Source: Squalus acanthias
Taxonomy: Eukaryota
DNA length: 64,000 nt
Direction of reading: 5' to 3'
Assembly: GCA_030390025.1 (NCBI GenBank)
Contig: JASTWF010000148.1
Span: 1 to 64,000, forward strand
Shown: positions 25,457-40,173 of the stretch, one piece after another
Position numbering within the stretch: the stretch's first letter is position 1
How the letters are laid out: every line of letters begins with the position of its first letter
Position numbers and translations under genes: made by a program
The notes under the pieces: generated by a model
Seen by the model: only the letters and a program-made list of their open reading frames with translations
Databases searched by the model: none
Told to the model about the DNA's origin: nothing

Positions 25457-25574
25457 CGTGATGTCAGAGAGTACTTGAGGTGTCCTTCGTCTCAGGTTTA
25501 TCCTGAGTTGGCTGATCATATTCGGAGCGGCAGTAGGTGTCTGGGACCCTTTACTGGTAACTGTCTCGGGACCC

Positions 25575-26150
25575 ACTGCTAGAAAGGACATCTGCCCTAT
25601 TTTGAGAACTGCGTTCAATTCTGGGCACCGCCCATCAGGATGGATATACTGGCTTCAGAGGGTGCAACGCCAATTCACCCGAATCATACCGGGGCTGAAA
25701 GGATTAAATTATGAGGACAGGTTGCATAGAATAGGCTTGTATTCCTCTGAGTATAGAAGATTAAGAGGTGATCTAATTGAGGTGTTTAAGTTGATAAATG
25801 GAATTGATAGGGGAGATAGAGAGAAACTATTTCCTCTGGTGCGCGAGTCCAGAACAAGGGGCATAACCTTCAAATTAGAACCGAGCCGTTCAGGGGTGAT
25901 GTCAGGAAGCACTTCTTCACACAAAGGTTAGTGGAAATCTGGAACTCGCTCCCCCCAAATGCTGATGAGGCTGGGGGTCAAGTGAAAATTTCAAAACTCA
26001 GGTTGATAGATGTTTGTGAGGCAAAGGTATCGAGGGTTACAGAAACAAGGCGGGTAGATGGTGTTGAGGTGTAGATCAGCCATGATCTCATTGAATGGCG
26101 GAACAGGCTGGATGGGCCGAATGGCCTACTCCTGGTTCCCATGTTGCTAT
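25575..26150 (+). mobile_element. CR1 3' fragment
   Basis: VQRQFTRIIPGL...RRLRGDLIEVFK. Confidence 0.8.
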
Positions 26151-26848
26151 TACTGCCCTGCCGTCATATTTCCTTCTGACGCTCTCTCACCAGACATGAG
26201 AAATGCTCACTAATGACAGAAATGAACAAATTACTTCACATCGGCATTACACATTATTCTCCACCACAATAGATCCCTTGGAACTCCATTCTCCCGACCT
26301 TTCACTTCTCCTCTGACGGGGGCTGCAACTGATTCCTGCACCTTTTCATCGCCCCAAAAATCGCAACAAGACACCAGAAAATTAACTTTGTTTCCTTTTG
26401 CACCTAAAATCCTGAACTTCATGTGACACTCGGTTTGAAGCAGTGTAATTTTCGTGTGGAGCTCTTGACCCTGGGGGCGGAGCCATTATAATGAGCGGGA
26501 ATGCGTTCGGGCACAAGGAGCTATAGACGGGCGTAAAGGAGCAAGGGATTTCAGGAAGAGCGCTATTCAGTGCGTAACACAATTGCGCCCGAATTTATTC
26601 ATTTTTTACGCCGGGTATTTGCTTCACAGCCCATTACAGGAGGCTCTGGGAGCAAATACACAGGGAATGTTAAAGAGTCTCCCGGAAGCGTTGTCAATTC
26701 GTTGTCCTTCCAATAACGATGGTGTTTATGCAACAACGAGAGGTTGATATCTCAAAGGTGATTTATTCTCCCTGAGAGAGTGAAGGCTGAATACTGGTGT
26801 CCTGATTCTGAAGATGGAGCTTTGCTTGACTTTGATTTCTGTTCACAG

Positions 26849-27157
26849 ATGAGATCCGATGCAACGATCCAGAAATCACTCTTCCGCAACCGTCACTAGA
26901 ACAGGTTTTACTGGAGGCGACAGTGACCTTAACCTGCGTCGTGTCTAATGCTCCTTATGGAGTCAACGTGTCCTGGACCCGAGAAAAGGAGACTTTGAAA
27001 TCAGAGATTGCCGTCCAACCCGGAGAGGCTCCCAACAGTGTGATCAGCAACTTAAACATCTCGACACAAGCCTGGCTGAGTGGGGATGAGTTCTACTGCG
27101 TGGTGAGCCACCAGGATATACCGACACCTATAAGAGATTCCATCCACAAGGAAAAAG
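26849..27157 (+). CDS. IGHM: IgM CH3 exon, intact
   Basis: [11 protein letters not shown]...[27 protein letters not shown]...FYCVVSHQD...HKEK; 309 nt; AG/GT flanks. Confidence 0.92.
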
Positions 27158-27239
27158 GTGAGCGGTGAGATTGTAGCAATAAGTGAGACTCTGTGACTAT
27201 TTCCGGTGATGGTGCACGGGCCAATTCAATCTAGTAAGT

Positions 27240-27688
27240 GTTTTCACCCCTGTGCTCGCTGACCTACATTGGCTACCGGTTAAGCAGCGCCTCGATATCA
27301 AAATTCTCATCCTTGTATTCAAACCCCTCCATGGCCTCGCCCCTCCCTATCTCTGTAATCTCCTTCAGTCCCACAACCCCCCGAGATATCTGCGCTCCTC
27401 TAATTCTGCCCTCTTGAGGATCCCTGATTATAATCGCTCAACCATTGGTGGCCGTGCCTTCTGTTGCCTAGGCCCTAAGCTCTGGAATTCCCTGCCTAAA
27501 CCTCTCTGCCTCGCTACCTCTCTTTCCTCCTTTAAGACGCTCCTTAAAACCTACCTCTTTGACCAAGCTTTTGGTCATCTGCCCTAATTTATCCTTATGT
27601 GGATCGGTGTCAAATTTATTGTCTTAAAATAGTCCCGTGCAGCGCCTTGGGACGTTTTACTACGTTAAAGGCGCTATCAAAAAACAAC
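27240..27688 (+). mobile_element. L2-clade LINE 3' end
   Basis: LADLHWLPVKQR...LAPPYL...RSS...GGRAF...PKLWNSLP; its (TTG)n tail resumes at 28583. Confidence 0.85.
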
Positions 27689-28582
27689 GGGGGAGAAATT
27701 CAGTATCGCCCCATTTGGGGCGCAATTATCGGACGGGCGCAAAGATTAGCGCCTGGCGCTAATTATCGCCACCGACTGCAAACTTGACTATTATCGCCCC
27801 TGGAGGTGATTGCAGCGCTATATCAGGCACTTCACACCTGTCTTAAGGCGCAAAGGCCGAGGAGCGAGGCGCTACCTCAGAGCGCTGGCGAAGCTCATGT
27901 AATGTCATTCAGCAATGGAACACACACACAATGGCACGGGCCAGTTCTTAAAGGGGATGGTTAATCGTGCTTTCCATGCACATCCTGCTCATTGCAGCCT
28001 TGAATCTCGGCCTGGAGAGACCTGCACATCAAATGTGTTGGAAAGAACAATGGAGAGTACCAGGCAAAGAGCTCAGAGTGCAGCCCCGACAGTCTCTGCT
28101 AAATCGATACAAGGAATGGCAAATCAAAATGAACCTGCAAAGTGCTGCTCAGTACCCAAAACTCCTTCACACAACATTGAATCTCTCCAGAAGTCTCTCC
28201 CTCTCTCTCTCAGAATGCATAGTTCAAAAATGGCACCTACAATAAAAGGCAGGAAGCGGTGACCTTTAAATAGCGCTCCCCCTTTCCCTTCATGACTGCA
28301 GAACGCTCCCCTCAACCTGTCGTTGCTAGCGTCAGGCGGTAAGGCAGGGGGCGCCACTCAATATCCGCTCCGCGGTGATACCGGGGCGTTGCGCACTTGA
28401 GTGATGTCACGATCTGCTGGCGCAGGAGATCGTGGCGGTAGTGGTTAGCGCCGCCGCAAAATGTCTAGTTAATTTCGCAAGCGGCGCAAACTTCGAAGGC
28501 GCCTGGGTGCTAGATGCTTTGCACCCCATTAGCGCCCTCTTAAGGCGCTAACGGGAGGCGTAACCAACTGAATTTTCCCCCC
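27689..28582. mobile_element. Non-autonomous DNA transposon (Harbinger-like)
   Basis: TIRs GGGGGAGAAATTCAGT ... ACTGAATTTTCCCCCC; flanks AAC/AAG; splits the L2 tail. Confidence 0.7.
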
Positions 28583-28997
28583 AAGTTGTTGTTTTTGTTG
28601 TTGTTGTTGTCACACTGAGACCCGAGATGATGCATTTCAGGGGAAGTTGGATAAGTACATGAGAGAAAAAGGAATAGAAGGATATGTTATTAGGGTTAGA
28701 TGAAGTAAGGTGGGAGGAGTCTCGTGTGGAGCATAAACAGGAGCATTGACCAGTTGGGCCGAATGGTCTGTTTCTGTGATTTAAATTCTATATAATTTTC
28801 CAGTCCAAATCTTCAAGCTCCCACAGAGAAGGATTGTATTTCCCTCTGCTCCAGGCTGGAAAACCGGACAGGACACAGAGGGGGAAAGGGAATCCTTTCA
28901 AATTCAGCGCAAAGCACATTTCTCTCACATCGAATCGCCGGTTTCATTGTCTCTGCAATTCACCAGTTTATTGACCTTTATTGTAATTGTTCTGCAG

Positions 28998-29393
28998 CTA
29001 AACAACCGCGGGAACCGTCCGTGTCTGTCCTCCTGCCCCCGGCAGAAGAAGTCTCCGCTCAGAGGTTCGTAAGCCTCACCTGCTTAGTGAGAGGTTTCTC
29101 CCCCCGAGAGATCTTCGTCAAGTGGACCGTCAATGACAAGCCGGTGAATTCCGGCAACTACAAGAACACCGAGGTGATGGCGGAGAACGGCAGCAGTTCC
29201 TTCTTCATGTACAGCCTGTTATCCATTGCAGCGGTGGAGTGGGCCAGCGGCGCTTCTTACTCCTGTGTCGGTGGGACATGAAGCGAACCCCTTCAAGATC
29301 ATCAACAGAACGGTTAATAAATCCAGCGGTAAACCCAGTTTTGATGTTTTGTAAACCCTTGTTCTGATGGACAACGTCAATTCTTGTCAATGA
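28998..29393 (+). pseudogene. IGHM: IgM CH4 plus secretory tail, disrupted
   Basis: [14 protein letters not shown]...[17 protein letters not shown]...YSCV, then +1 nt giving TGA at 29279-29281; shifted frame continues VGHEA...[24 protein letters not shown]; membrane donor GGTAAA at 29329. Confidence 0.9.
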
Positions 29394-29421
29394 GAATCTC
29401 TCGATTATATTTCAGTTCTTA

Positions 29422-29437
29422 AATAAAAACCAATAAA
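29422..29437 (+). terminator. Secretory-form polyadenylation signals
   Basis: AATAAA at 29422 and 29432. Confidence 0.7.
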
Positions 29438-29822
29438 GGCCTTTTCTTCCAATCGTCAGTTACACACACAGCCGCTCAATTAATTTTGTTTCCCATTTTT
29501 GCCAAGGGGAGGGTTGTTTATCTGAAGCAGGATATTGGCCGGTCTCGGGGCCAAGGCTTGTAGAGCCAGCGCTCCCAGCTCAGATACACCACGGGTTAGA
29601 GACAGACTGAAGCTCTTTCATGACAGGATTCCTCAAAGTCACTTCAGCAACTTTCCTCCCGCTGGGGGAAACATGAAAATTCCAAATTCTGACAAACAAA
29701 CGCAGCACATTTAGATCTCTGTGTCCCTGTTTCCCGTCCTGTCCATCTCTTCAGAATTGGGGCCAGTTTTATTTTGCAGCATCGCAAACTCTGGGATCTG
29801 AAATAAGGAGACACACGAACAC

Positions 29823-32800
29823 ATACTGTACTCCCACTCCCCCACCAGAGAGAGGGGAAAGGGCAATTGTTAACCCACTGTAACCCCACACCCCCACCAG
29901 AGAGAGGGGAAAGGGTAATTGTTAACCCACTGTACCCCACTCCCCCACCAGAGAGAGGGGAAAGGGCAATTTTTAACCAACTGTACCTACACCCCCACCA
30001 GAGAGAGGGGGAAGGGCAATTGTTAACCCGCTGTACCCCCACTCCCCCACCAGAGAGATGGGAAAGGGCAATTGTTAACCCACTGTACCCCCCACTCCCC
30101 CACCCGGAGAGATGGGAAAGGGCAATTGTTAACCCACTGTACACCCCACTCCCCCACCAGAGAGAGGGGAAAGGGCAATTGTTAACCCACTGTACCCCCC
30201 ACTCCCCCATCAGAGAGAGGGGAAGGGGCATTTGTTAACCCACTGTACCCCACTCCCCCACCAGAGAGAGGGGAAAGGGCTATTGTTAACCCACTGTACC
30301 TCACTCACCCCCACCAGAGAAAGGGGAAAGGGCAATTGTTAACCCACTGTACCTCACACACCCCCACCAGAGAGAGGGGAAAGGGCAATTGTTAACCCAC
30401 TGTACCCCCACTCCCCCACCAGAGAGAGGAGAACGGGCAATTGTTAACCCACTGTATCCCCCACTCCCCCACCAGAGAGAGGGGAAAGGGCAATTGTTAA
30501 CCCACTGTACACCCACTCCCCCACCAGAGAGTGGGGAGAGGGCAGTTGTTAACCCACTGTACCTCCCACTCCCCCACCAGAGAGAGGGGAAAGGGCAATT
30601 GTTAACCCACTGTACCTCCCTCTCCCCCACCAGAGAGAGGGGAAAGGGCAATTGTTAACTCACTGTACCTCCCACTCCCCCACCATAGAAAGGGGAAAGG
30701 GCATTTGTTAACCCACTGTACCCACACTCCTCCACCAGAGAGAGTGGTAAGGGTAATTGTTAACCCACTGTACCTCCCACTCACCCACCAGAGAGAGGGG
30801 AAAGGGCAACTGTTAACTCACTGTACCCCCACTCCTCCACCAGAGAGAAGAGAAAGGGCAATTGTTAACACACTGTATCCCCACTCCCCACCAGAGAGAG
30901 TGGAAAGGGCAATTGGTAACCCATTGTACCTCCCACTCCCCCAACAGAGAGAGGGGAAAGGGCAATTGTTAACATACTGTACCCCCACTCCCCACCAGAG
31001 AGAGTGGAAAGGGCAATTGGTAACCCATTATACCTCCCACTCCCCACCAGAGAGAGTGGAAAGGGTAATTGTTAACACACTGGACCCCCCACTTCCCCGC
31101 CAGAGAGAGGGGAAAGGGCAATTGTTAACCCACTGTACCCCCCACTCCCCCACCAGAGAGGGGGGAAAGGGCAGTTGTTAACACACTGTACCTCCCACTC
31201 CCCCACCAGAGAGAGGGGCAAGGGCAATTGTTAACCCACTGTACCTCCCACTCCACCACCAGAGAGAGGGGCAAGGGCAATTGTTAATCCGCTGTACCCC
31301 CACTCCCCCACCAGAGAGAGGGGAAAGGGCAATTGTTAACCCACTGTACCTCCCACTCTCCCAAAAGAGCAAGGTGAAAGGTTAATTGTTAACCCACTAT
31401 AACCCCACTCCCCCACCAGCTAGATGGGAAAGGGCAACAGTTAACCCACTGTACCCCCACTCCCCCACCAGAGAGAGGTTAAAGGGAAAGTGTTAACCCA
31501 CTGTACCACCCACTCCCCCACCAGAGAGAGGGGAATGGGCAATTGTTAACCCGCTTTGCACCCCACTCCCCCACCAGAGAGAGGGGAAAGGGCAATTGTT
31601 AACCCACTGTACCTTACACTCTCCGATCAGAGAGAGGGGACAGGGCAATTGTTAACCCACTGTATCCCCACTCCACCACCAGAGAGTGGGGAGAGGGCAA
31701 TTGTTAACCCAGTGGAGCTCCCACTCCCCCACCAGAGAGAGGGGAAAGGGCAATTGATAACCCACTGTACCTCACGCTCCCCCACCAGAGAGAGGGGAAA
31801 GGGCAATTGTTAACCCACTGTACCACCCACTCACCCACCAGAGAGAGGTGAAAGGGCAATTGTTAACCCGCTGTACACCCCACTCCCCCGCCAGAGAGAT
31901 GGGAAAGGGCAAATGTTAACCCACTGTACCCCCAATCCCCCGTCAGAGAGAAGGGAAAGGGCAATTGTTAACCCACTGTACGCCCACTCCCCCACCAGAG
32001 ATAGGGGAAAGGGCAATTGTTAAACAACTGTGCCCCCACTCCCACACCTGAGAGAGGAGAAAGGGCAATTGTTAACCCACTGTACCTCCCACTCCCCTAC
32101 CAGAGAGAGGGGAAAGGGCAATTGTTAACCCACTGTACACCAACTCCCCCGCCAGAGAGAGGGGAAAGGGCAATTGTTAACCCACTGTTCCTCCCACTCC
32201 CCTACCAGAGAGAGGGGTAAGGGCAATTGTTAACCCATTGTACCCCCACTCGCCCACCAGAGAGAGGGGAAAGGGCAATTGTTAACCCGCTGTACCTCCC
32301 ACTCCACCACCAGAGAGAGGGGAAATGGTAATTGTTTATCCACTGTACACCCAGTCCCCCTCCAGAGAGAGGGGTAAGGGCAATTGTTAACTCACTGTAC
32401 CCCCACTCCCCACCAGAGAGAGGGAAAAGTGCAATTCTTAACCCACTGTGCCTCCCACTCCCCACCAGAGAGAGGCGAAAAGGGCAATTGTTAACCCACT
32501 GTACCCCCCACTCCCCCACCAGAGAGAGGGGAAAGGGCTATTGTTAACCCACTGAACCCCGCACCCACCCACCAGAGAGAGGGGAAAGGGCAATTGTTAA
32601 CCCACTGTACTTCCGACTCCCCCAACAGAGAGAGGGGAAAGGGCAATTGTTAACCCACTGTACCTCCCACTCCCCCACCAGAGAGAGGGGAAAGGGCAAT
32701 TGATAACCCCCTGTACCCCCAACCCCCACCCGAGAGAGATGAAAGGGCAATTGTTAACCCACTGTACCCTCCACTCGCCCACCAGAGAGAGGGGAAAGGC

Positions 32801-35800
32801 CAATTGTTAACCCACTGTACACCCCACTCACCCACCAGAGAGTGGGGAAAGGGCAATTGTTAACCCACTGTGCCCCCACTCCCCCACCAGAGACAGTGGA
32901 AAGGGCAATTGTTAACCCACTGTACCTGCCACTCCCCCACCAGAGAGAGGGGAAAGTGTAATTGTTAACCCAATGTGCCCCCACACCCCCAGCGGAGAGA
33001 GTGGAAAGGGCAATTGATAACCCACTGCATCACCCACTCCCCCACCAGAGAGAGGAGAAAGGGCAATTGTTAACCCACTGTACCTCCCACTCCCACACCA
33101 GAGAGAGGGGAAAGGGCAATTGTTAACCCACTGTACCTCCCACTCCCCCACCAGAGAGAGGGGAAAGGGCAATTGTTAACCCACTGTCCCTCCCACTCCC
33201 CCACCAGAGAGAGGGGAAAGGGCAATTGTTAACCCACTGTACCCCCACTCCCCCACCAGAGAGAGGGGAAAGGGCAATTGTTAACCCACTGTACCCCCAC
33301 TCCCCACCAGAGAGAGGGGAAAGGGCAATTGTTAACCCACTGTACCTCCCACTCCCCCACCAGAGAGAGGGGAAAGGGCAATTGTTAACCCACTGTACCC
33401 CCACTCCCCCACCAGAGAGAGGGGAAAGGGCAATTGTTAACCCACTGTACCACCACTCCCCCACCAGAGAGAGGGGAAAGGGCAATTGTTAACCCACTGT
33501 ACCCCCACTCCCCCACCAGAGAGAGGGGAAAGGGCAATTGTTAACCCACTGTACCTCCACTCCCCCACCAGAGAGAGGGGAAAGGGCAATTGTTAACCCA
33601 CTGTACCCCCACTCCCCCACCAGAGAGAGGGGAAAGGGCAATTGTTAACCCACTGTACCCCCACTCCCCACCAGAGAGAGGGGAAAGGGCAATTGTTAAC
33701 CCACTGTACCTCCCACTCCCCACCAGAGAGAGGGGAAAGGGCAATTGTTAACCCACTGTACCTCCCACTCCCCACCAGAGAGAGGGGAAAGGGCAATTGT
33801 TAACCCACTGTACCCCCACACCCCACCAGAGAGAGGGGAAAGGGCAATTGTTAACCCACTGTACCCCCACTCCCCCCCAGAGAGAGGGGAAAGGGCAATT
33901 GTTAACCCACTGTACCCCACTCCCCCACCAGAGAGAGGGGAAAGGGCAATTGTTAACCCACTGTACCTCCCACTCCCCCACCAGAGAGAGGGGAAAGGGC
34001 AATTGTTAACCCACTGTACCTCCCACTCCCCATCAGAGAGAGGGGACAGGGCAATTGTTAACCCACTGTATCCCCACTCCACCACCAGAGAGTGGGGAGA
34101 GGGCAATTGTTAACCCACTGGAGCTCCCACTCCCCCACCAGAGAGAGGGGAAAGGGCAATTGATAACCCACTGTACCTCACGCTCCCCCACCAGAGAGAG
34201 GGGAAAGGGCAATTGTTAACCCACTGTACCACCCACTCACCCACCAGAGAGAGTTGAAAGGGCAATTGTTAACCCGCTGTACACCCCACTCCCCCGCCAG
34301 AGAGATGGGAAAGGGCAAATGTTAACCCACTGTACCCCCAATCCCCCGTCAGAGAGAAGGGAAAGGGCAATTGTTAACCCACTGTACGCCCACTCCCCCA
34401 CCAGAGATAGGGGAAAGGGCAATTGTTAAACAACTGTGCCCCCACTCCCACACCTGAGAGAGGAGAAAGGGCAATTGTTAACCCACTGTACCTCCCACTC
34501 CCCTACCAGAGAGAGGGGAAAGGGCAATTGTTAACCCACTGTACACCAACTCCCCCGCCAGAGAGAGGGGAAAGGGCAATTGTTAACCCACTGTTCCTCC
34601 CACTCCCCTACCAGAGAGAGGGGTAAGGGCAATTGTTAACCCACTGTACCCCCACTCGCCCACCAGAGAGAGGGGAAAGGGCAATTGTTAACCCGCTGTA
34701 CCTCCCACTCCACCACCAGAGAGAGGGGAAATGGTAATTGTTAACCACTGTACACCCAGTCCCCTCCAGAGAGAGGGGAAAGGGCAATTGTTAACCCACT
34801 GTGCCTCCCACTCCCCACCAGAGAGAGGCGAAAGGGCAATTGTTAACCCACTGTACCCCCCACTCCCCCACCAGAGAGAGGGGAAAGGGCAATTGTTTAT
34901 CCACTGTACACCCAGTCCCCCTCCAGAGAGAGGGGTAAGGGCAATTGTTAACCCACTGTGCCTCCCACTCCCCACCAGAGAGAGGCGAAAGGGCAATTGT
35001 TAACCCACTGTGCCTCCCACTCCCCACCAGAGAGAGGGGAAAGGGCAATTGTTAACCCACTGTACCCCCACTCCCCCACCAGAGAGAGGGGAAAGGGCAA
35101 TTGTTAACCCACTGTACCTCCACTCCCCCACCAGAGAGAGGGGAAAGGGCAATTGTTAACCCACTGTACCTCCCACTCCCCCACCAGAGAGAGGGGAAAG
35201 GGCAATTGTTAACCCACTGTACCCCCACTCCCCCACCAGAGAGAGGGGAAAGGGCAATTGTTAACCCACTGTACCTCCCACTCCCCCACCAGAGAGAGGG
35301 GAAAGGGCAATTGTTAACCCACTGTACCCCCACTCCCCCACCAGAGAGAGGGGAAAGGGCAATTGTTAACCCACTGTACCTCCACTCCCCCACCAGAGAG
35401 AGGGGAAAGGGCAATTGTTAACCCACTGTACCCCCACTCCCCCACCAGAGAGAGGGGAAAGGGCAATTGTTAACCCACTGTACCCCCACTCCCCCACCAG
35501 AGAGAGGGGAAAGGGCAATTGTTAACCCACTGTACCCCCACTCCCCCACCAGAGAGAGGGGAAAGGGCAATTGTTAACCCACTGTACCTCCCACTCCCCC
35601 ACCAGAGAGAGGGGAAAGGGCAATTGTTAACCCACTGTACCCCCACTCCCCACCAGAGAGAGGGAAAGGGCAATTGTTAACCCACTGTACCCCCACTCCC
35701 CCACCAGAGAGAGGGGAAAGGGCAATTGTTAACCCACTGTACCCCCACTCCCCCACCAGAGAGAGGGGAAAGGGCAATTGTTAACCCACTGTACCTCCCA

Positions 35801-38800
35801 CTCCCCCACCAGAGAGAGGGGAAAGGGCAATTGTTAACCCACTGTACCCCCACTCCCCCACCAGAGAGAGGGGAAAGGGCAATTGTTAACCCACTGTACC
35901 TCCCACTCCCCCACCAGAGAGAGGGAAAGGGCAATTGTTAACCCACTGTACCTCCCACTCCCCCACCAGAGAGAGGGGAAAGGGCAATTGTTAACCCACT
36001 GTACCCCCACTCCCCCACCAGAGAGAGGGGAAAGGGCAATTGTTAACCCACTGTACCACCCACTCACCCACCAGAGAGAGTGGAAAGGGCAATTGTTAAC
36101 CCGCTGTACACCCCACTCCCCCGCCAGAGAGATGGGAAAGGGCAAATGTTAACCCACTGTACCCCCAATCCCCCTCAGAGAGAGGGGAAAGGGCAATTGT
36201 TAACCCACTGTACGCCCACTCCCCCACCAGAGAGAGGGGAAAGGGCAATTGTTAAACAACTGTGCCCCCACTCCCACACCTGAGAGAGGAGAAAGGGCAA
36301 TTGTTAACCCACTGTACACCAACTCCCCGCCAGAGAGAGGGGGAAGGGCAATTGTTAACCCACTGTTCCTCCCACTCCCCTACCAGAGAGAGGGGTAAGG
36401 GCAATTGTTAACCCATTGTACCCCCACTCGCCCACCAGAGAGAGGGGAAAGGGCAATTGTTAACCCACTGTACCTCCCACTCCACCACCAGAGAGAGGGG
36501 AAATGGTAATTGTTAACCACTGTACACCCACTCCCCCACCAGAGAGAGGGGAAAGGGCAATTGTTAACCCACTGTACCCCCACTCCCCCACCAGAGAGAG
36601 GGAAAGGGCAATTGTTAACCCACTGTACCCCCACTCCCCCACCAGAGAGAGGGGAAAGGGCAATTGTTAACCCACTGTACCCCCCACTCCCCCACCAGAG
36701 AGAGGGGAAAGGGCAATTGTTAACCCACTGTACCCCCACTCCCCCACCAGAGAGAGGGGAAAGGGCAATTGTTAACCCACTGTACCTCCCACTCCCCCAC
36801 CAGAGAGAGGGGAAAGGGCAATTGTTAACCCACTGTACCTCCCACTCCCCCACCAGAGAGAGGGGAAAGGGCAATTGTTAACCCACTGTACCTCCCACTC
36901 CCCCACCAGAGAGAGGGGAAAGGGCAATTGTTAACCCACTGTACCCCCACTCCCCACCAGAGAGAGGTGAAAGGGCAATTGTTAACCCACTGTACCCCCA
37001 CTCCCCCACCAGAGAGAGGGGAAAGGGCAATTGTTAACCCACTGTACCCCCACTCCCCCACCAGAGAGAGGGGAAAGGGCAATTGTTAACCCACTGTACC
37101 CCCACTCCCCCACCAGAGAGAGGGGAAAGGGCAATTGTTAACCCACTGTACCTCCCACTCCCCCACCAGAGAGAGGGGAAAGGGCAATTGTTAACCCACT
37201 GTACCCCCACTCCCCCACCAGAGAGAGGGGAAAGGGCAATTGTTAACCCACTGTACCCCCACTCCCCCACCAGAGAGAGGGGAAAGGGCAATTGTTAACC
37301 CACTGTACCTCCCACTCCCCCACCAGAGAGAGGGGAAAGGGCAATTGTTAACCCACTGTACCTCCCACTCCCCCACCAGAGAGAGGGGAAAGGGCAATTG
37401 TTAACCCACTGTACCTCCCACTCCCCCACCAGAGAGAGGGGAAAGGGCAATTGTTAACCCACTGTACCCCCACTCCCCCACCAGAGAGAGGGGAAAGGGC
37501 AATTGTTAACCCACTGTACCCCCACTCCCCACCAGAGAGAGGGGAAAGGGCAATTGTTAACCCACTGTACCTCCCACTCCCCCACCAGAGAGAGGGGAAA
37601 GGGCAATTGTTAACCCACTGTACCCCCACTCCCCCACCAGAGAGAGGGGAAAGGGCAATTGTTAACCCACTGTACCACCACTCCCCCACCAGAGAGAGGG
37701 GAAAGGGCAATTGATACCCCACTGTACCCCCACTCCCCCACCAGAGAGAGGGGAAAGGGCAATTGTTAACCCACTGTACCTCCCACTCCCCCACCAGAGA
37801 GAGGGGAAAGGGCAATTGTTAACCCACTGTACCCCCACTCCCCCACCAGAGAGAGGGGAAAGGGCAATTGTTAACCGACTGTACCCCCACTCCCCCACCA
37901 GAGAGAGGGGAAAGGGCAATTGTTAACCCACTGTACCCCCACTCCCCACCAGAGAGAGGGGAAAGGGCAATTGTTAACCCACTGTACCTCCCACTCCCCA
38001 CCAGAGAGAGGGGAAAGGGCAATTGTTAACCAACTGTACCCCACAACCCACCACAGAAGGGAAAGGGAAATTGTTAACCCACTGTAGCCCCCTCTCCCCC
38101 AGCAGAAAGAGGAGAAAGGGCAATTGTTAACCAACTGTTCCCCACAACCCACCAGAGAGAGAGGAAAGGACAATTGTTAACCCACTGTACCTCCCACTCC
38201 CCAACCAGAAAGAGGGTAAACGGCATTTGTTAACCCACTGTACCCCCCACTCCCCCACCAGAGAGAGGAGAAAGGGTAATTGTTAACCCACTGTACCTCC
38301 CACTCTCCCACCAGAGAGAGGGGAAAGGGCAATTGTTAACCCGCTGTACCCCCACTCCCCCACCAGAGAGCGGGGAAAGGGCAATTGTTAACCCACTGTA
38401 CCACCCACACCCCCACCAGAGAGAGGAGAAAGGGTAATTGTTAACCCACTGTACCTCCCACTCTCCCACCAGAGAGAGGGGAAAGGGCAATTGTTAACCC
38501 GCTGTACCCTCACTCCCCCACCAGAGAGAGGGGAAAGGGCAATTGTTAATCAACTGTACCCCCACTCCCCCACCAGAGAGAGGGGAGAGGGCAATTGTTA
38601 ACCAACTGTACCCCCACTCCCCCGCCTGAGAGAGGGGAAAGGGCAATTGTTAACCCACTGTACCTGCCACTCCCCCACCAGAGAGAGGGGAAAGTGTAAT
38701 TGTTAACCCAATGTGCCCCCACACCCCCAGCGGAGAGAGTGGAAAGGGCAATTGATAACCCACTGCACCACCCACTCCCCCACCAGAAAGAGGAGAAAGG

Positions 38801-40170
38801 GCAATTGTTAACCCATTGTACCTCACACTCCCACACCAGAGAGAGGGGAATGGGCAATTGTTAAACCACTGTACCTCCCACTCCCCCTCCAGAGAGAGGG
38901 GAAAGGGCAATTGTTAACCCACTGTCCCTCCCACTCCCCCACCAGAGAGAGGGGAAAGGGCAATTGTTAACCCAATGTACCACCACTCCCCCACCAGAGA
39001 GAGGGGAAAGGGCAATTGATACCCCACTGTACCCCCACTCCACCACCAGAGAGAGGGGAAAGGGCAATTGTTAACCTACTGTACCTCACACTCCCCCACC
39101 AGAGAGCTGGGAAAGGGCAATTGTTAACCCACTGTACCCCCCACTCCCCCACCGGAGAGAGGGGAAAGGGCAATTGTTAACCGACTGTACCCACCACTCC
39201 CCCACCAGAGAGAGGGGAAAGGGCAATAGTTAACCCACTGTACCCCCCACTCCCCAACCAGAGAGAGGGGAAACGGCAATTGTTAACTCACTGTACATCC
39301 CACTCCCCTACCAGAGAGAGGGAAAAGGGCAATTGTTAACCAACTGTACCCCACAACCCACCAGAGAAGGGAAAGGGAAATTGTTAACCCACTGTAGCCC
39401 CCTCTCCCCCAGCAGAAAGAGGAGAAAGGGCAATTGTTAACCAACTGTTCCCCACAACCCACCAGAGAGAGAGGAAAGGACAATTGTTAACCCACTGTAC
39501 CTCCCACTCCCCCACCAGAAAGAGGGTAAACGGCATTTGTTAACCCACTGTACCCCCCACTCCCCCACCAGAGAGAGGAGAAAGGGTAATTGTTAACCCA
39601 CTGTACCTCCCACTCTCCCACCAGAGAGAGGGGAAAAGGCAATTGTTAACCCGCTGTACCCCCACTCCCCCACCAGAGAGAGGGGAAAGGGCAATTGTTA
39701 ACCCACTGTACCACCCACACCCCCACCAGAGAGAGGAGAAAGGGTAATTGTTAACCCACTGTACCTCCCACTCTCCCACCAGAGAGAGGGGAAAGGGCAA
39801 TTGTTAACCCGCTGTACCCTCACTCCCCCACCAGAGAGAGGGGAAAGGGCAATTGTTAATCAACTGTACCCCCACTCCCCCACCAGAGAGAGGGGAGAGG
39901 GCAATTGTTAACCAACTGTACCCCCACTCCCCCGCCTGAGAGAGGGGAAAGGGCAATTGTTAACCCACTGTACCTCCCACTCCCCCACCAGAGAGTGGGG
40001 AGAGGGCAATTGTTAACCCACTGTACCTCCCACTCCCCCACCAGAGAGAGGGGAAAGGGCAATTGTTAACACACTGTGCCTCGCACTCCACCACCAGAGA
40101 GAGGGGAGAGGGCAATTGTTAACCCACTGTCCCTCTCACTCCCCCACCAGAGAGAGGGGAAAGGGCAAAT
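29823..40170. repeat. 52/53-bp satellite array of about 10.3 kb in the CH4-TM intron
   Basis: Unit CTCCCACTCCCCCACCAGAGAGAGGGGAAAGGGCAATTGTTAACCCACTGTAC, roughly 195 copies. Confidence 0.97.
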
Positions 40171-40173
40171 AGT

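Noticed and set aside
29823-40170. CACTGTA/CACTGTG in the satellite units as an RSS array, or the array as CRISPR-like
   Set aside because: No nonamer at 12 or 23 nt; no unique spacers; eukaryotic context.
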